Source of the DNA: Paludibacteraceae bacterium
Lineage (GTDB): Bacteria; Bacteroidota; Bacteroidia; Bacteroidales; Paludibacteraceae
Direction of reading: 5' to 3'
Assembly: GCA_017477325.1 (NCBI GenBank)
Contig: JAFUWV010000005.1
Span: forward strand, 2,439-66,438
DNA length: 64,000 nt
The notes under the pieces are model-generated. The model ran no database searches and was not told the origin of the DNA. It saw only the letters and a program-made list of their open reading frames with translations. Made by a program: the position numbers and the translations under genes. Positions 15,654 through 24,739 of this stretch are shown piece after piece. Within the stretch, counting starts at the first letter, position 1. The number at the start of each line of letters is the position of its first letter.

Positions 15654-16997
15654 ATGCACAAGGGAGAGATAGACATCATAACGCTGGGGTGCTCGAAGAA
15701 TCTGGTGGATGCGGAGCGACTGATGAAGCAACTGGAGACAAGAGGCTTCAAGTGTGTGCATGACTCTGCCAATCCGCAAGGAGAGATAGCAATAATCAAC
15801 ACATGCGGTTTCATAGGTGATGCCAAAGAAGAAAGCATAAACACCATACTGCAATTCATAGAGCGCAAGAAGCACAAGAAGCTGAAGAAACTGTATGTGA
15901 TGGGGTGTCTGTCGGAGAGATATCTTGCCGACCTTGAGCAAGAACTGCCCGAAGTGGACAAGTACTTCGGCAAGTTTGATTATATGGGGATAGTGGAAGA
16001 GGTGGCAAGAGTTCCAGGTTCCAGGTTTCAGGTTTCAGGTCTCAGGTTTCAGGTCTCAGGAGTTGCCGAGTACGAGAGAGTGCTGACCACTCCGAAACAC
16101 TTTGCTTACCTGAAGATAGCGGAAGGATGCAACCGTTTCTGTTCTTACTGCGCGATACCGCTGATTACGGGCAGGTACAAGAGCCGTCCGATAGAAGAGA
16201 TTGTGGAAGAAGTGAGATGGCTGGTGAAACAAGGGGTAAAAGAACTGCAAGTAATAGCCCAGGACCTGACTTACTACGGCACCGACATATACGGCGAGAG
16301 CAGAATTGCAGAACTGGTGGACAAGATAAGTCAGGTTGAGGGAATCAAGTGGATACGCCTGCATTATGCCTACCCCACACATTTCCCGACGGACCTGCTG
16401 CCAGTGATGCGCGAGAGAGACAATGTGTGCAAGTATCTTGACATCGCCCTGCAGCACTCCACCGACCACATGCTGAGCCTGATGCGCCGCCATATCACCC
16501 ATGAGGAGCAGACCGCCCTCATACATGAGATTCGCAGACAAGTGCCGGGCATACACTTGAGAACCACAATGCTGGTAGGACACCCCGGAGAGACAGAAGA
16601 GGACTTTCAGGCACTGAAACAATGGGTGAAAGAGATGCGTTTCGAACGTCTGGGAGCCTTCAGCTACAGCGACGAGGAAGGCACATACGCCAACCAGCAC
16701 TACGAAGACAACATCCCGCAGGAGGTGAAAGACAGGAGACTGGACGAGCTGATGAGCATACAGGAAGAGATAGCGGCAGAACTCAACAGGGCAAACACAG
16801 GCAAGACGATGCAGGTGGTGATAGACAGGGAAGAGGATGAGTACTACATAGGCCGAACCGAGTTCGACTCGCCGGAGGTGGATCAGGAGGTGCTGATAAA
16901 GAAAGACAGAGAGTTGAAGGTGGGCGAGTTCTACATGGTCCGCATCTCAGAAGCGGACACCTTCGACCTGTATGGAATCATAGTGAACAATGCATAA
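15654..16997 (+). CDS. rimO: Ribosomal protein S12 methylthiotransferase RimO
   Basis: MTTase N-domain (IDIITLGCSKNLVD), radical-SAM CxxxCxxC (EGCNRFCSYCAIP) and a TRAM-like C-terminus. The start is moved to ATG 15654, just after the recQ stop at 15637-15639. Confidence 0.9.
   Translation: MHKGEIDIITLGCSKNLVDAERLMKQLETRGFKCVHDSANPQGEIAIINTCGFIGDAKEESINTILQFIERKKHKKLKKLYVMGCLSERYLADLEQELPEVDKYFGKFDYMGIVEEVARVPGSRFQVSGLRFQVSGVAEYERVLTTPKHFAYLKIAEGCNRFCSYCAIPLITGRYKSRPIEEIVEEVRWLVKQGVKELQVIAQDLTYYGTDIYGESRIAELVDKISQVEGIKWIRLHYAYPTHFPTDLLPVMRERDNVCKYLDIALQHSTDHMLSLMRRHITHEEQTALIHEIRRQVPGIHLRTTMLVGHPGETEEDFQALKQWVKEMRFERLGAFSYSDEEGTYANQHYEDNIPQEVKDRRLDELMSIQEEIAAELNRANTGKTMQVVIDREEDEYYIGRTEFDSPEVDQEVLIKKDRELKVGEFYMVRISEADTFDLYGIIVNNA
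16011..16059 (+). repeat. Tandem heptamer array (GTYYCAG) x 7 inside the rimO coding sequence
   Basis: gttccag x2, gtttcag x2, gtctcag, gtttcag, gtctcag. It is translated in frame as VPGSRFQVSGLRFQVSG. Confidence 0.95.
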
Positions 16998-17028
16998 TTC
17001 ATAATGAAGAATTATTAAATAATCATAT

Positions 17029-17304
17029 ATGACGACCAAGGAACTAATATCAGACATTACTGCAGCAAGCGGTATAAGCAAGACTGAGGTGGCTCAGCTT
17101 GTGGAAGCCACAAACGGTATCTTTACCGAGACATTGCTGCAAGGAACAAGTGTCCACATTCAAGACTTTGGAGACTTCGAGTTGCGCGACAAGAAAGAGC
17201 GCATCACCGTTCACCCCAAGACAGGAGAACGCACACTGACACCTGCGAAGAAACAGATTGTTTTCAAGCAGACACCCAAACTGAAATCCGACCTCAAAAA
17301 GTAA
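17029..17304 (+). CDS. hup: HU-family DNA-binding protein
   Basis: 91 aa with the typical HU/IHF fold signature (KTEVAQLVEA..F..F.....ER....PKTGE). Confidence 0.85.
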   Translation: MTTKELISDITAASGISKTEVAQLVEATNGIFTETLLQGTSVHIQDFGDFELRDKKERITVHPKTGERTLTPAKKQIVFKQTPKLKSDLKK

Positions 17305-17310
17305 CATACT

Positions 17311-18549
17311 ATGGCAGAAAAGAAACTAACACTTGCCACACTGAGAAAGATGCTGGCAAAGCAGACAGGAATGCCCGAGAGCAAAGTTGAGACATTCCTC
17401 GATAATTTCTTCCAGACCATAGTATCCGGTCTGAAGGAAGACGGACAAGTACGCCTCAACGGCCTTGGCACATTCAAGGTGCAAGCCATCCAACCAAGAA
17501 AGAGCGTAAACATAAAGACAGGCGAGAGCATCATCATTGACGGCTACAACAAAGTGGTGTTCACCGCAGAACCTGCCCTGAAAGAGCAAGCCAATGCGGG
17601 CAACCCCAACTTCAAGTCAGTAAAACTGCAAGGCAAAGCCGCACCCGTGGTTTCAGCAGACGGAATAGACCCTCTGCAGAAACTGGGTGAGCAGGCCGAA
17701 GAAATCAAAGACATTCTGGCTGAGCTGGGAGTCAGCACAACGGAGACAGTAACAGAGACACCGGAGGAGCCCGTTGCACAGGATGCGCCTATTGTGCCTA
17801 TAGTGCCGGAAATACCCGATGAACCTGAAGAGACAGAAGTGACGGAGACACCGGAGGAGCCACAGGCTGTAGAACCAGAGCCGGAGACTGTATCGGAGCC
17901 TGTGACTGAACCCATATCAGAGCCTGTACCCGAACCTGTACCTGAGAAGAAAGAGGAGAAGACGGAAGATGAAGAGAACAAGGAGAAGCCATTCCAGCCT
18001 TGGAAAGTGGCAGGAATAAGCATTGTCATCTTCTGTCTGCTGCTTGTAGGTGCATATTTCTTCTTACGCCACAAGCTGACCACCTGGGCAGACAGTCTGC
18101 TCAACAAAGACAATCAGACAGAGCAGGTGCAGACACTTACGGAGACAACTCCAGAGGCAACCGATGTCACACCTATAGCAGCCGACAGCACAACAGAGAG
18201 CGCAGAACAAGCACCTGAGCAGACACCTGACCAAGTAGAGGAGCCCAAACAGGAAGATCCTATTCAAAACTGGTACGGAGGTGAGCGCAAATACGAAAAG
18301 TTCATCAAGACAGAGACTCTGGGCGAAGGCAGCCGACTCACTCACCTGTCCAGGAAATACTACGGTGCGCCAGACTTCTGGGTGTATATATACGAAGCAA
18401 ACAAAGACCGCATCAAGAATCCGAACAAGATAGGCAGAGGTACGAAACTGCGCATACCGGAACTTCCTGCCGAGCTCATTGACACCAACAACGAGAAGTC
18501 GATGAAGCAGGCAAAAGAGTTGCACAACAAGATACTGGGGAAGAAGTAG
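17311..18549 (+). CDS. HU-like N-domain, acidic Pro/Glu-rich linker, TM segment and LysM-domain protein
   Basis: N-terminal ~95 aa are HU-like (GLGTFKVQAIQPRKSVNIKTGESIII). A PE-rich tract follows (TETPEEP repeated). One TM segment is present (VAGISIVIFCLLLVGAYFFL). The C-terminus is LysM-like (RLTHLSRKYYGAPDFWVYIYEANKDRIKNPNKIGRGTKLRIP). Confidence 0.7.
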   Translation: MAEKKLTLATLRKMLAKQTGMPESKVETFLDNFFQTIVSGLKEDGQVRLNGLGTFKVQAIQPRKSVNIKTGESIIIDGYNKVVFTAEPALKEQANAGNPNFKSVKLQGKAAPVVSADGIDPLQKLGEQAEEIKDILAELGVSTTETVTETPEEPVAQDAPIVPIVPEIPDEPEETEVTETPEEPQAVEPEPETVSEPVTEPISEPVPEPVPEKKEEKTEDEENKEKPFQPWKVAGISIVIFCLLLVGAYFFLRHKLTTWADSLLNKDNQTEQVQTLTETTPEATDVTPIAADSTTESAEQAPEQTPDQVEEPKQEDPIQNWYGGERKYEKFIKTETLGEGSRLTHLSRKYYGAPDFWVYIYEANKDRIKNPNKIGRGTKLRIPELPAELIDTNNEKSMKQAKELHNKILGKK

Positions 18550-18554
18550 ATTTA

Positions 18555-18682
18555 GTTGAGAGTTGAAAGTTGAGAGTTGAGAGAAGTTTATTAGTTGAAA
18601 GTTGAGAGTTCTTAGTTTGCTTTGCTCTCACGATCGGCAAGCCGTGGAGAGAAGTTTATTAGTTGAAAGTTGAAAGTGGATA
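18555..18682 (+). repeat. Heptamer arrays (AGTTGAR) with a 27-nt direct repeat, spanning the uvrA initiation region
   Basis: AGTTGAG/AGTTGAA units lie at 18555-18582, 18594-18621 and 18662-18682. GAGAGAAGTTTATTAGTTGAAAGTTGA occurs at 18580-18606 and again at 18648-18674. The hairpin CTCTCACG-n10-CGTGGAGAG lies between them. Confidence 0.9.
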
Positions 18683-21516
18683 ACGAAGTAATACAAATAC
18701 GAGGGGCGAGAACCAACAATCTGAAGAATGTAAGTATAGACATTCCAAGAAACAAGTTGGTAGTAGTGACAGGTCTGAGCGGAAGCGGGAAATCAAGTCT
18801 CGCTTTCGACACTTTGTATGCGGAAGGCCAGCGCAGATATGTAGAGTCGTTGTCCTCATACGCACGACAATTCCTTGGCAGAATGCAGAAGCCACAGGTT
18901 GATTTCATCGACGGTATTCCTCCTGCCATTGCCATACAACAGAAGGTGGCCTCGAAGAATCCACGTTCTACGGTAGGCACCGCGACTGAGATATATGACT
19001 ACCTGAAACTGCTCTTTGCCCGCATAGGCAAAACCATCTCTCCCGTCTCGGGTCAGGAGGTTAAGCGACATCAGGTGCAAGACGTGGTGCAATACGTGAT
19101 GAGTCTGCCCATCGGCACCAAAGTGATGCTGCTATCACCTATCCTGCTGCCTGAAGGAAGGACTCTGAAAGAGCAACTCGACATCTGGCAGCAACAAGGT
19201 TTCACACGTCTGCTGCACAACAACGATATCGTACGTTTCAGCGATGTGCCCTACTCTGCCGTTGCCGACGACAGCTTCTACCTGCTTATCGACCGCATCG
19301 TATGCGATGGAGAGCAAAGCACCGCCAACAGGTTTGCCGACTCGGTGCAGACAGCTTTCTTCGAGGGCAAGGGATACTGCAGAATACTGGTGCCAGAGAG
19401 CGGAGTGCAAGATTTCTCCACACGCTTCGAGGCAGACGGAATCACTTTCATGGAACCCACGGAGCACTTGTTCGACTTCAACAATCCTCTTGGTGCATGC
19501 CCCGAGTGCAACGGCTTTGGCAACGTGATAGGCATCGACCCCGACCTTGTAGTACCTGACAAGTCGAAAAGCATCTATGAGGAAGCTATCGCCTGCTGGC
19601 ACGGAGAAAAGATGTCGCTATGGAAAGACGAACTGGTCAACAACGCAAGAAAGTTCTCATTCCCGATTCACACTCCTTTCTATGCCCTCACTCCGGAACA
19701 GAAGCAACTGATATGGACAGGCAACGAGTATTTTCACGGACTGAACGAGTTTTTCCGTATGCTTGAGCAACAGCAGTATGCCAAGATACAGTACCGCGTA
19801 ATGCTTGCCCGCTACAGAGGCAAAACTCTCTGTCCGGAATGTAGCGGCACAAGACTAAGGAAAGAAGCGACCTACGTGTATGTAGGAGGCAAGAATATAA
19901 CACAACTCATCAGTATGTCCATTGCCGAGTTGGCAGAATGGTTCAGCCGACTGCAACTCAGCGAGCAAGAACGAGACATAGCCAAGCAACTGCTGATAGA
20001 GATAACCTCACGGCTGCAGTTCATGCTTGACGTAGGGCTCGACTACCTCACTCTGAATCGTCTGTACGGCACGCTGTCAGGCGGCGAGAGTCAGAGAATA
20101 AACTTAGCCAAGCAGTTAGGCAGCAGCCTTGTAGGTTCACTCTACGTGCTGGACGAACCAAGCATAGGTCTGCACCCGAGAGACACACACAGGCTGATAA
20201 AAGTACTTCGTGAGTTGCGCGACCTTGGCAACACGGTGGTAGTGGTGGAGCACGACGAGGACATAATGCGTGCTGCAGACTACATCATTGACATCGGTCC
20301 TGAAGCAGGCATGCGTGGCGGAGAAGTGGTGTGGCAAGGCGACCCTGCCAAAGACATAAACGACAGCACACCTGCACAGCACTCTTATACACTTGACTTC
20401 CTCTCCGGCAAAGAGCAGATAGAGATACCGCGATTCCGCAGACCGTGGAACAACTACATCGAGATAAAAGGAGCAACAGAGAACAACCTGAAGAATATCG
20501 ATGTCCGTTTCCCTCTGAATGTAATGACGGTAGTGACAGGGGTGTCGGGTAGCGGCAAGTCAACACTGGTTACCCAAGTGCTCTACCCTGCCCTCAAGAA
20601 ACTATACGGAGGAGTGGCCGAGCATACTGGCAACTTCTTGTCGCTGACAGGCAGCACCATGCTCGCACAGAACATAGAACTCGTTGACCAGAACCCTATC
20701 GGCACTTCCACTCGCAGCAACCCTGTGACCTACATAAAGGCATACGACGAGATACGCCGGCTGTTTGCCGAACAACAACTAAGCAAGCAGATGGGTTACA
20801 CTCCGGCCCATTTCTCATTTAACACACCCGGTGGCAGATGTGAGGAATGCAAAGGCGAAGGCTTCGTCACCGTCGAGATGCAGTTTATGGCAGACCTTGT
20901 GCTGGAGTGTGAACACTGCCATGGCAAGCGCTTCAAGCAAGACTTGCTGGATGTGCAGTACAAAGGGAAGAATATATACGATGTTCTGCAGATGACTGTC
21001 AATCAGGCAATAGCATTCTTCTCCCAAGACATAAAGCAAGATGACAGCAATATGTCGCCCAAGGCAAGAAAAGCAGAGTCGCCATCAGACAAGATAGCAC
21101 GCAACATAGTTCAACGGCTCAAACCACTGCAAGACGTAGGCATAGGATATATCAAACTGGGGCAGGCATCGTCCACTCTCTCGGGCGGAGAAAGCCAACG
21201 TGTAAAACTGGCTGCCTTCCTTGCCGACAACAAGCCTCAGCCCACTATCTATATCTTCGACGAACCTACCACGGGTCTGCATTTTCATGATATACGTATT
21301 CTGCTCAAGGCTTTCAACTCACTCATAGCCAAAGGACATACCGTAATCATCATCGAGCACAATCCTGCTGTCATCATGGCCGCCGACCATATTATAGACC
21401 TTGGCCCGGAAGCAGGTGACAAGGGAGGAAACATAGTGTTCGAAGGAACACCGGAGATGCTGCTCAAGTGCAAGCAGTCTTACACCGGAAGATGCCTTGG
21501 CGAACTGAAAGTTTAG
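18670..21516 (+). CDS. uvrA: Excinuclease ABC subunit A (UvrA)
   Basis: 948 aa with two ABC ATPase modules (GLSGSGKSSLAFDTLYAEGQRRY, GVSGSGKSTL, LSGGESQR x2) and zinc-finger Cys pairs. There is no in-frame ATG upstream of IQIRGAR. The start must be TTG 18670 or GTG 18676, since a TGA lies in frame at 18667-18669. Confidence 0.9.
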   Translation: MKVDNEVIQIRGARTNNLKNVSIDIPRNKLVVVTGLSGSGKSSLAFDTLYAEGQRRYVESLSSYARQFLGRMQKPQVDFIDGIPPAIAIQQKVASKNPRSTVGTATEIYDYLKLLFARIGKTISPVSGQEVKRHQVQDVVQYVMSLPIGTKVMLLSPILLPEGRTLKEQLDIWQQQGFTRLLHNNDIVRFSDVPYSAVADDSFYLLIDRIVCDGEQSTANRFADSVQTAFFEGKGYCRILVPESGVQDFSTRFEADGITFMEPTEHLFDFNNPLGACPECNGFGNVIGIDPDLVVPDKSKSIYEEAIACWHGEKMSLWKDELVNNARKFSFPIHTPFYALTPEQKQLIWTGNEYFHGLNEFFRMLEQQQYAKIQYRVMLARYRGKTLCPECSGTRLRKEATYVYVGGKNITQLISMSIAELAEWFSRLQLSEQERDIAKQLLIEITSRLQFMLDVGLDYLTLNRLYGTLSGGESQRINLAKQLGSSLVGSLYVLDEPSIGLHPRDTHRLIKVLRELRDLGNTVVVVEHDEDIMRAADYIIDIGPEAGMRGGEVVWQGDPAKDINDSTPAQHSYTLDFLSGKEQIEIPRFRRPWNNYIEIKGATENNLKNIDVRFPLNVMTVVTGVSGSGKSTLVTQVLYPALKKLYGGVAEHTGNFLSLTGSTMLAQNIELVDQNPIGTSTRSNPVTYIKAYDEIRRLFAEQQLSKQMGYTPAHFSFNTPGGRCEECKGEGFVTVEMQFMADLVLECEHCHGKRFKQDLLDVQYKGKNIYDVLQMTVNQAIAFFSQDIKQDDSNMSPKARKAESPSDKIARNIVQRLKPLQDVGIGYIKLGQASSTLSGGESQRVKLAAFLADNKPQPTIYIFDEPTTGLHFHDIRILLKAFNSLIAKGHTVIIIEHNPAVIMAADHIIDLGPEAGDKGGNIVFEGTPEMLLKCKQSYTGRCLGELKV

Positions 21517-21535
21517 AATTAAAACAAATAAATAT

Positions 21536-21961
21536 ATGTATTCCGATCCCAAACAATGTCTGTACTGCACAGACAACCAGACGCAGAAAGACCTGATGGT
21601 CTTCGTAAAGAAACTCAGTGTATCACGCCTCTTTATCTTCCGCGAGCAGACCTATCACGGCAGATGTCTCGTGGCATACGATGAGCACATAAACGACATG
21701 AACGAGCTCCAACCTGAGCAACTCAATGCTTTCATGGCTGATGTGACAGCAGTTACGCGTGCTATGCAAAAGGTGTTCAACCCCGAGAAAATCAACTACG
21801 GCGCATACGCTGACACCCTCTCGCACCTGCATTTCCACCTTGTGCCCAAGTACAAAGGCGGACCCGACTACGGAGGCACTTTCCAGATGAATCCGAAACA
21901 AGTGTATCTTACTGAAGAACAATACCAAGAAATGGCAGAGCAACTGAAAGCACTGCTTTGA
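21536..21961 (+). CDS. HIT-family (histidine triad) protein
   Basis: 141 aa with the histidine triad HLHFHLVP. Confidence 0.8.
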   Translation: MYSDPKQCLYCTDNQTQKDLMVFVKKLSVSRLFIFREQTYHGRCLVAYDEHINDMNELQPEQLNAFMADVTAVTRAMQKVFNPEKINYGAYADTLSHLHFHLVPKYKGGPDYGGTFQMNPKQVYLTEEQYQEMAEQLKALL

Positions 21962-22007
21962 CTTGCACTATTCAGGATGTTTATAATAAAATCTTACATA
22001 TAACAAA

Positions 22008-22039
22008 AACAATAGAGATGCAAACACATCTCTATTGTT
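22008..22039. terminator. Bidirectional terminator hairpin between convergent genes
   Basis: AACAATAGAGATG-caaaca-CATCTCTATTGTT forms a 13-bp perfect stem. It has A-rich 5' and T-rich 3' flanks. Confidence 0.7.
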
Positions 22040-22062
22040 TTATATGTTATGTATTGGCTTTA

Positions 22063-22836
22063 TTATTTAGAGAAACCACTGACGAATGATGCACCCATGT
22101 TCTGCGGGTTGTTGTCATCATGAGGCTTCTGTCCAAGCAACTCTGGCAGATACGAGTCGCGGATATATGCGAACTCAGGCTCTTCGCGCAGGATGCTGCG
22201 ACATTTGTCTATAGCCTTCTGCTTGTTGCCTGTCTTCTCGTAGCACTGCGCAATCACCATCTGTACAGAGCGATAGTTCCAGTTATATACCGTGTCGCCG
22301 GTATGCTTAAATTGCTCCTCTGCTTTGAGCAGATGCTCAAGAGCAAGTTGTTTGTCTCCCCCGAAAGCAGAAGGGCAATAGAAATAGATGCTGCCACGAA
22401 GAGTGAGAGCATAGGGGTTCTGAGGGTCGAGTTTGACAGCCTTCTCCGAGTAAGAGAACGTTTTGGGTCCATTGCTCAGAATGGTTATCTTGCTGACTGA
22501 GATATAGTAGGATGCTGCAGCGGAGAGATAAGTAAGCCGGGTGGACTCAGGCATCTTGCCCTCCATCTCATTCAGATGCTTGTTGAAGTTCTCCAGCAGT
22601 TGCTTTACATTCTTCTCTTTGACAGATATGGCGTATGCTATGTAGCCATACTCATAGTTCAGTAGTCGCTGGCGCTCCTGATTGTCCATATTACGCCAAT
22701 CTGCTGTAGTCACATACTGCTTCCAGAGATTCTTGTTCTGACTCAGGTAACAGTTGTACATCGCCTTCTGGTCGTATTGTGCAAAGCATAATGCCGAGAG
22801 TGACAATAGTAATGATATTATAGTTGATTTCTTCAT
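22063..22836 (-). CDS. Secreted TPR-like repeat protein, function unknown
   Basis: 257 aa with signal peptide MKKSTIISLLLSLSALCFA and helical repeats of TPR-like spacing. No catalytic motif was recognised. Confidence 0.5.
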   Translation of the reverse strand: MKKSTIISLLLSLSALCFAQYDQKAMYNCYLSQNKNLWKQYVTTADWRNMDNQERQRLLNYEYGYIAYAISVKEKNVKQLLENFNKHLNEMEGKMPESTRLTYLSAAASYYISVSKITILSNGPKTFSYSEKAVKLDPQNPYALTLRGSIYFYCPSAFGGDKQLALEHLLKAEEQFKHTGDTVYNWNYRSVQMVIAQCYEKTGNKQKAIDKCRSILREEPEFAYIRDSYLPELLGQKPHDDNNPQNMGASFVSGFSK

Positions 22837-22943
22837 ATGTTCTGTTTTACGATTGTATTGTTTTCAACAATCGTGCCAGAAAATCATTAATCATAGAAAT
22901 AGTGCTACTTTATATGAAGAAGAGAACATTTTTAGAATTACTG

Positions 22944-22985
22944 AAAAGAAAAGAGTTGAAAGCAAGCCTTCAACTCTTTTCTTTT
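22944..22985 (-). terminator. Terminator hairpin after pfp
   Basis: 17-bp perfect stem AAAAGAAAAGAGTTGAA-agcaagcc-TTCAACTCTTTTCTTTT. Confidence 0.6.
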
Positions 22986-23015
22986 ATCTATTCGCTTTTC
23001 GCTATTGACTATCCG

Positions 23016-24665
23016 TTACCGGATCACTCCTTTTTCCAGCATCAGTGTGTGTGTCGGCAGGTCGCATACCTCCGAAGGTCCGTAGTACTGGATCGGGCCC
23101 GGGTAGATATACTGGTTGGTCTTGGCCCAACTGTCGCGGTGAGCAGCGAAGTATTTGAACGGAGCACCGTCCAGTTCCACAAGCGCTTTCTGGATTACAG
23201 GTTTCATCTTGCCTGCACGCTTCTCCATATTCATCATCATAGTGATAGGCACACCGCCTGCCACCCACTCTGCAGCGGGAGCTGTCAGGTTGCGGACGAG
23301 AGCCATATAGCCGGTTTTGCCCGAAGTTATCAGATATGTAGCAGTGATACCAAGAGCGTAGCAGTAGTCAGCATCGAAGTTGCTCGGAGTGGCGCAACGG
23401 CCCTCGTAACCGAAGAAGTGGTTCAGAGCGGCAAACTTGCCTTTGTATTTGCCTTCACCCTTCAGCATCGCCAGTTTCTTGGCCACCATCTCTATCAGCA
23501 GTTTCTCTGTCTCTATCTGACTAACCTGCACATTTCCGTGAGGGTCGCGGTCCATTGTGAGTTGGCGTGCAATACCCTTTGGCAGCGAGCGATACAGTTC
23601 GCGGCTGTCAGGTGAAAGCATGCCCTTCACATACTGGCGCTTCTCGTCGTCGGTACCCATAGCGAGGAACTCCTCGTTGTTAGCGAGAAGGTCGTTGAGT
23701 TCACGAATGAGGCGTTTCATTGCGGGAATGAACTCTATGAGGCCCTCAGGGATGAGGATAGTACCAAAATTGAGGCCTGCCTCGGCACGATTGACTATCA
23801 CTTTGACAATGCCGTCAACTATCTCGTTCAGAGTCATCTCTTTCTTTTCCACTTCCTCGGAGATAAGGCAGATGTTAGGTTGCGACTGCAGAGCGCACTC
23901 CAGTGCTATATGGCTTGCCGAGCGGCCCATCAGACGGATGAAATGCCAGTATTTCTTTGCGGAGTTGGCATCGCGCTGTATGTTACCGATAAGTTCGCTA
24001 TATACCTTGCATGCAGTGTCAAAACCGAAACTGGTCTCTATCATCGAGTTCTTCAGGTCGCCATCGATAGTCTTGGGGCAGCCTATCACCTGTATGCCGC
24101 AACCTTTCTGCAGATAGTACTCTGCAAGCACGCAAGCGTTGGTATTGGAGTCATCGCCTCCGATGATGACGATAGCCTTGATATTGAGCTTCTGACAAAT
24201 CTCTATACCTTTGTCAAACTGCCAGGTTTCTTCCAGCTTAGTACGGCCTGAGCCGATAATATCAAATCCGCCTGTGTTGCGATATTCGTCTATTATCTCT
24301 GCTGTCAGTTCTGTGTACTGATGCTCTATCAGACCGCTGGGACCACCAAGGAAACCGTACAGTTTGCTGTCTTTGTTCAGACGTTTCAGTCCGTCAAACA
24401 GTCCGCATATCACGTTGTGTCCGCCGGGGGCCTGACCACCTGAAAGAATCACGCCCACGTTAACTGCGGGGTAAGTCGTCTCATCACCTTTCACCAGTTC
24501 CAATACCGGCAGGCCGTATGTGTTGGGGAATAATGCTTTGATTTCTTCTTGGTCGGCAACCGACTCTGTTGCAGCGCCTTCCTGTACTTTCACGTTACCC
24601 TTGAGAGCAACGGGCAATTTTGGTTGATAGTTGCCACGAGCTATCTGAAGTGGACTTTTTTGCAT
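23016..24665 (-). CDS. pfp: Diphosphate--fructose-6-phosphate 1-phosphotransferase (PPi-dependent PFK)
   Basis: 549 aa of the long PPi-PFK type, with the PFK motifs GGDDSNT and MGR. Confidence 0.85.
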   Translation of the reverse strand: MQKSPLQIARGNYQPKLPVALKGNVKVQEGAATESVADQEEIKALFPNTYGLPVLELVKGDETTYPAVNVGVILSGGQAPGGHNVICGLFDGLKRLNKDSKLYGFLGGPSGLIEHQYTELTAEIIDEYRNTGGFDIIGSGRTKLEETWQFDKGIEICQKLNIKAIVIIGGDDSNTNACVLAEYYLQKGCGIQVIGCPKTIDGDLKNSMIETSFGFDTACKVYSELIGNIQRDANSAKKYWHFIRLMGRSASHIALECALQSQPNICLISEEVEKKEMTLNEIVDGIVKVIVNRAEAGLNFGTILIPEGLIEFIPAMKRLIRELNDLLANNEEFLAMGTDDEKRQYVKGMLSPDSRELYRSLPKGIARQLTMDRDPHGNVQVSQIETEKLLIEMVAKKLAMLKGEGKYKGKFAALNHFFGYEGRCATPSNFDADYCYALGITATYLITSGKTGYMALVRNLTAPAAEWVAGGVPITMMMNMEKRAGKMKPVIQKALVELDGAPFKYFAAHRDSWAKTNQYIYPGPIQYYGPSEVCDLPTHTLMLEKGVIR

Positions 24666-24705
24666 AGTTGTATGTTGTTTTTGTTATTATTCTTTGTTCA
24701 GCCTG

Positions 24706-24713
24706 CAAAGTTA
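24706..24713 (-). promoter_or_regulatory. -7 box TAACTTTG for pfp
   Basis: The reverse complement of caaagtta lies 41 nt upstream of ATG 24665. Confidence 0.45.
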
Positions 24714-24739
24714 CGCACTTTTTCCGAAATATGCAATTG

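Noticed and set aside
11305-18682. CRISPR array
   Set aside because: The tandem arrays have units of 7-14 nt that abut directly, with no unique spacers. No cas genes are present in the window.
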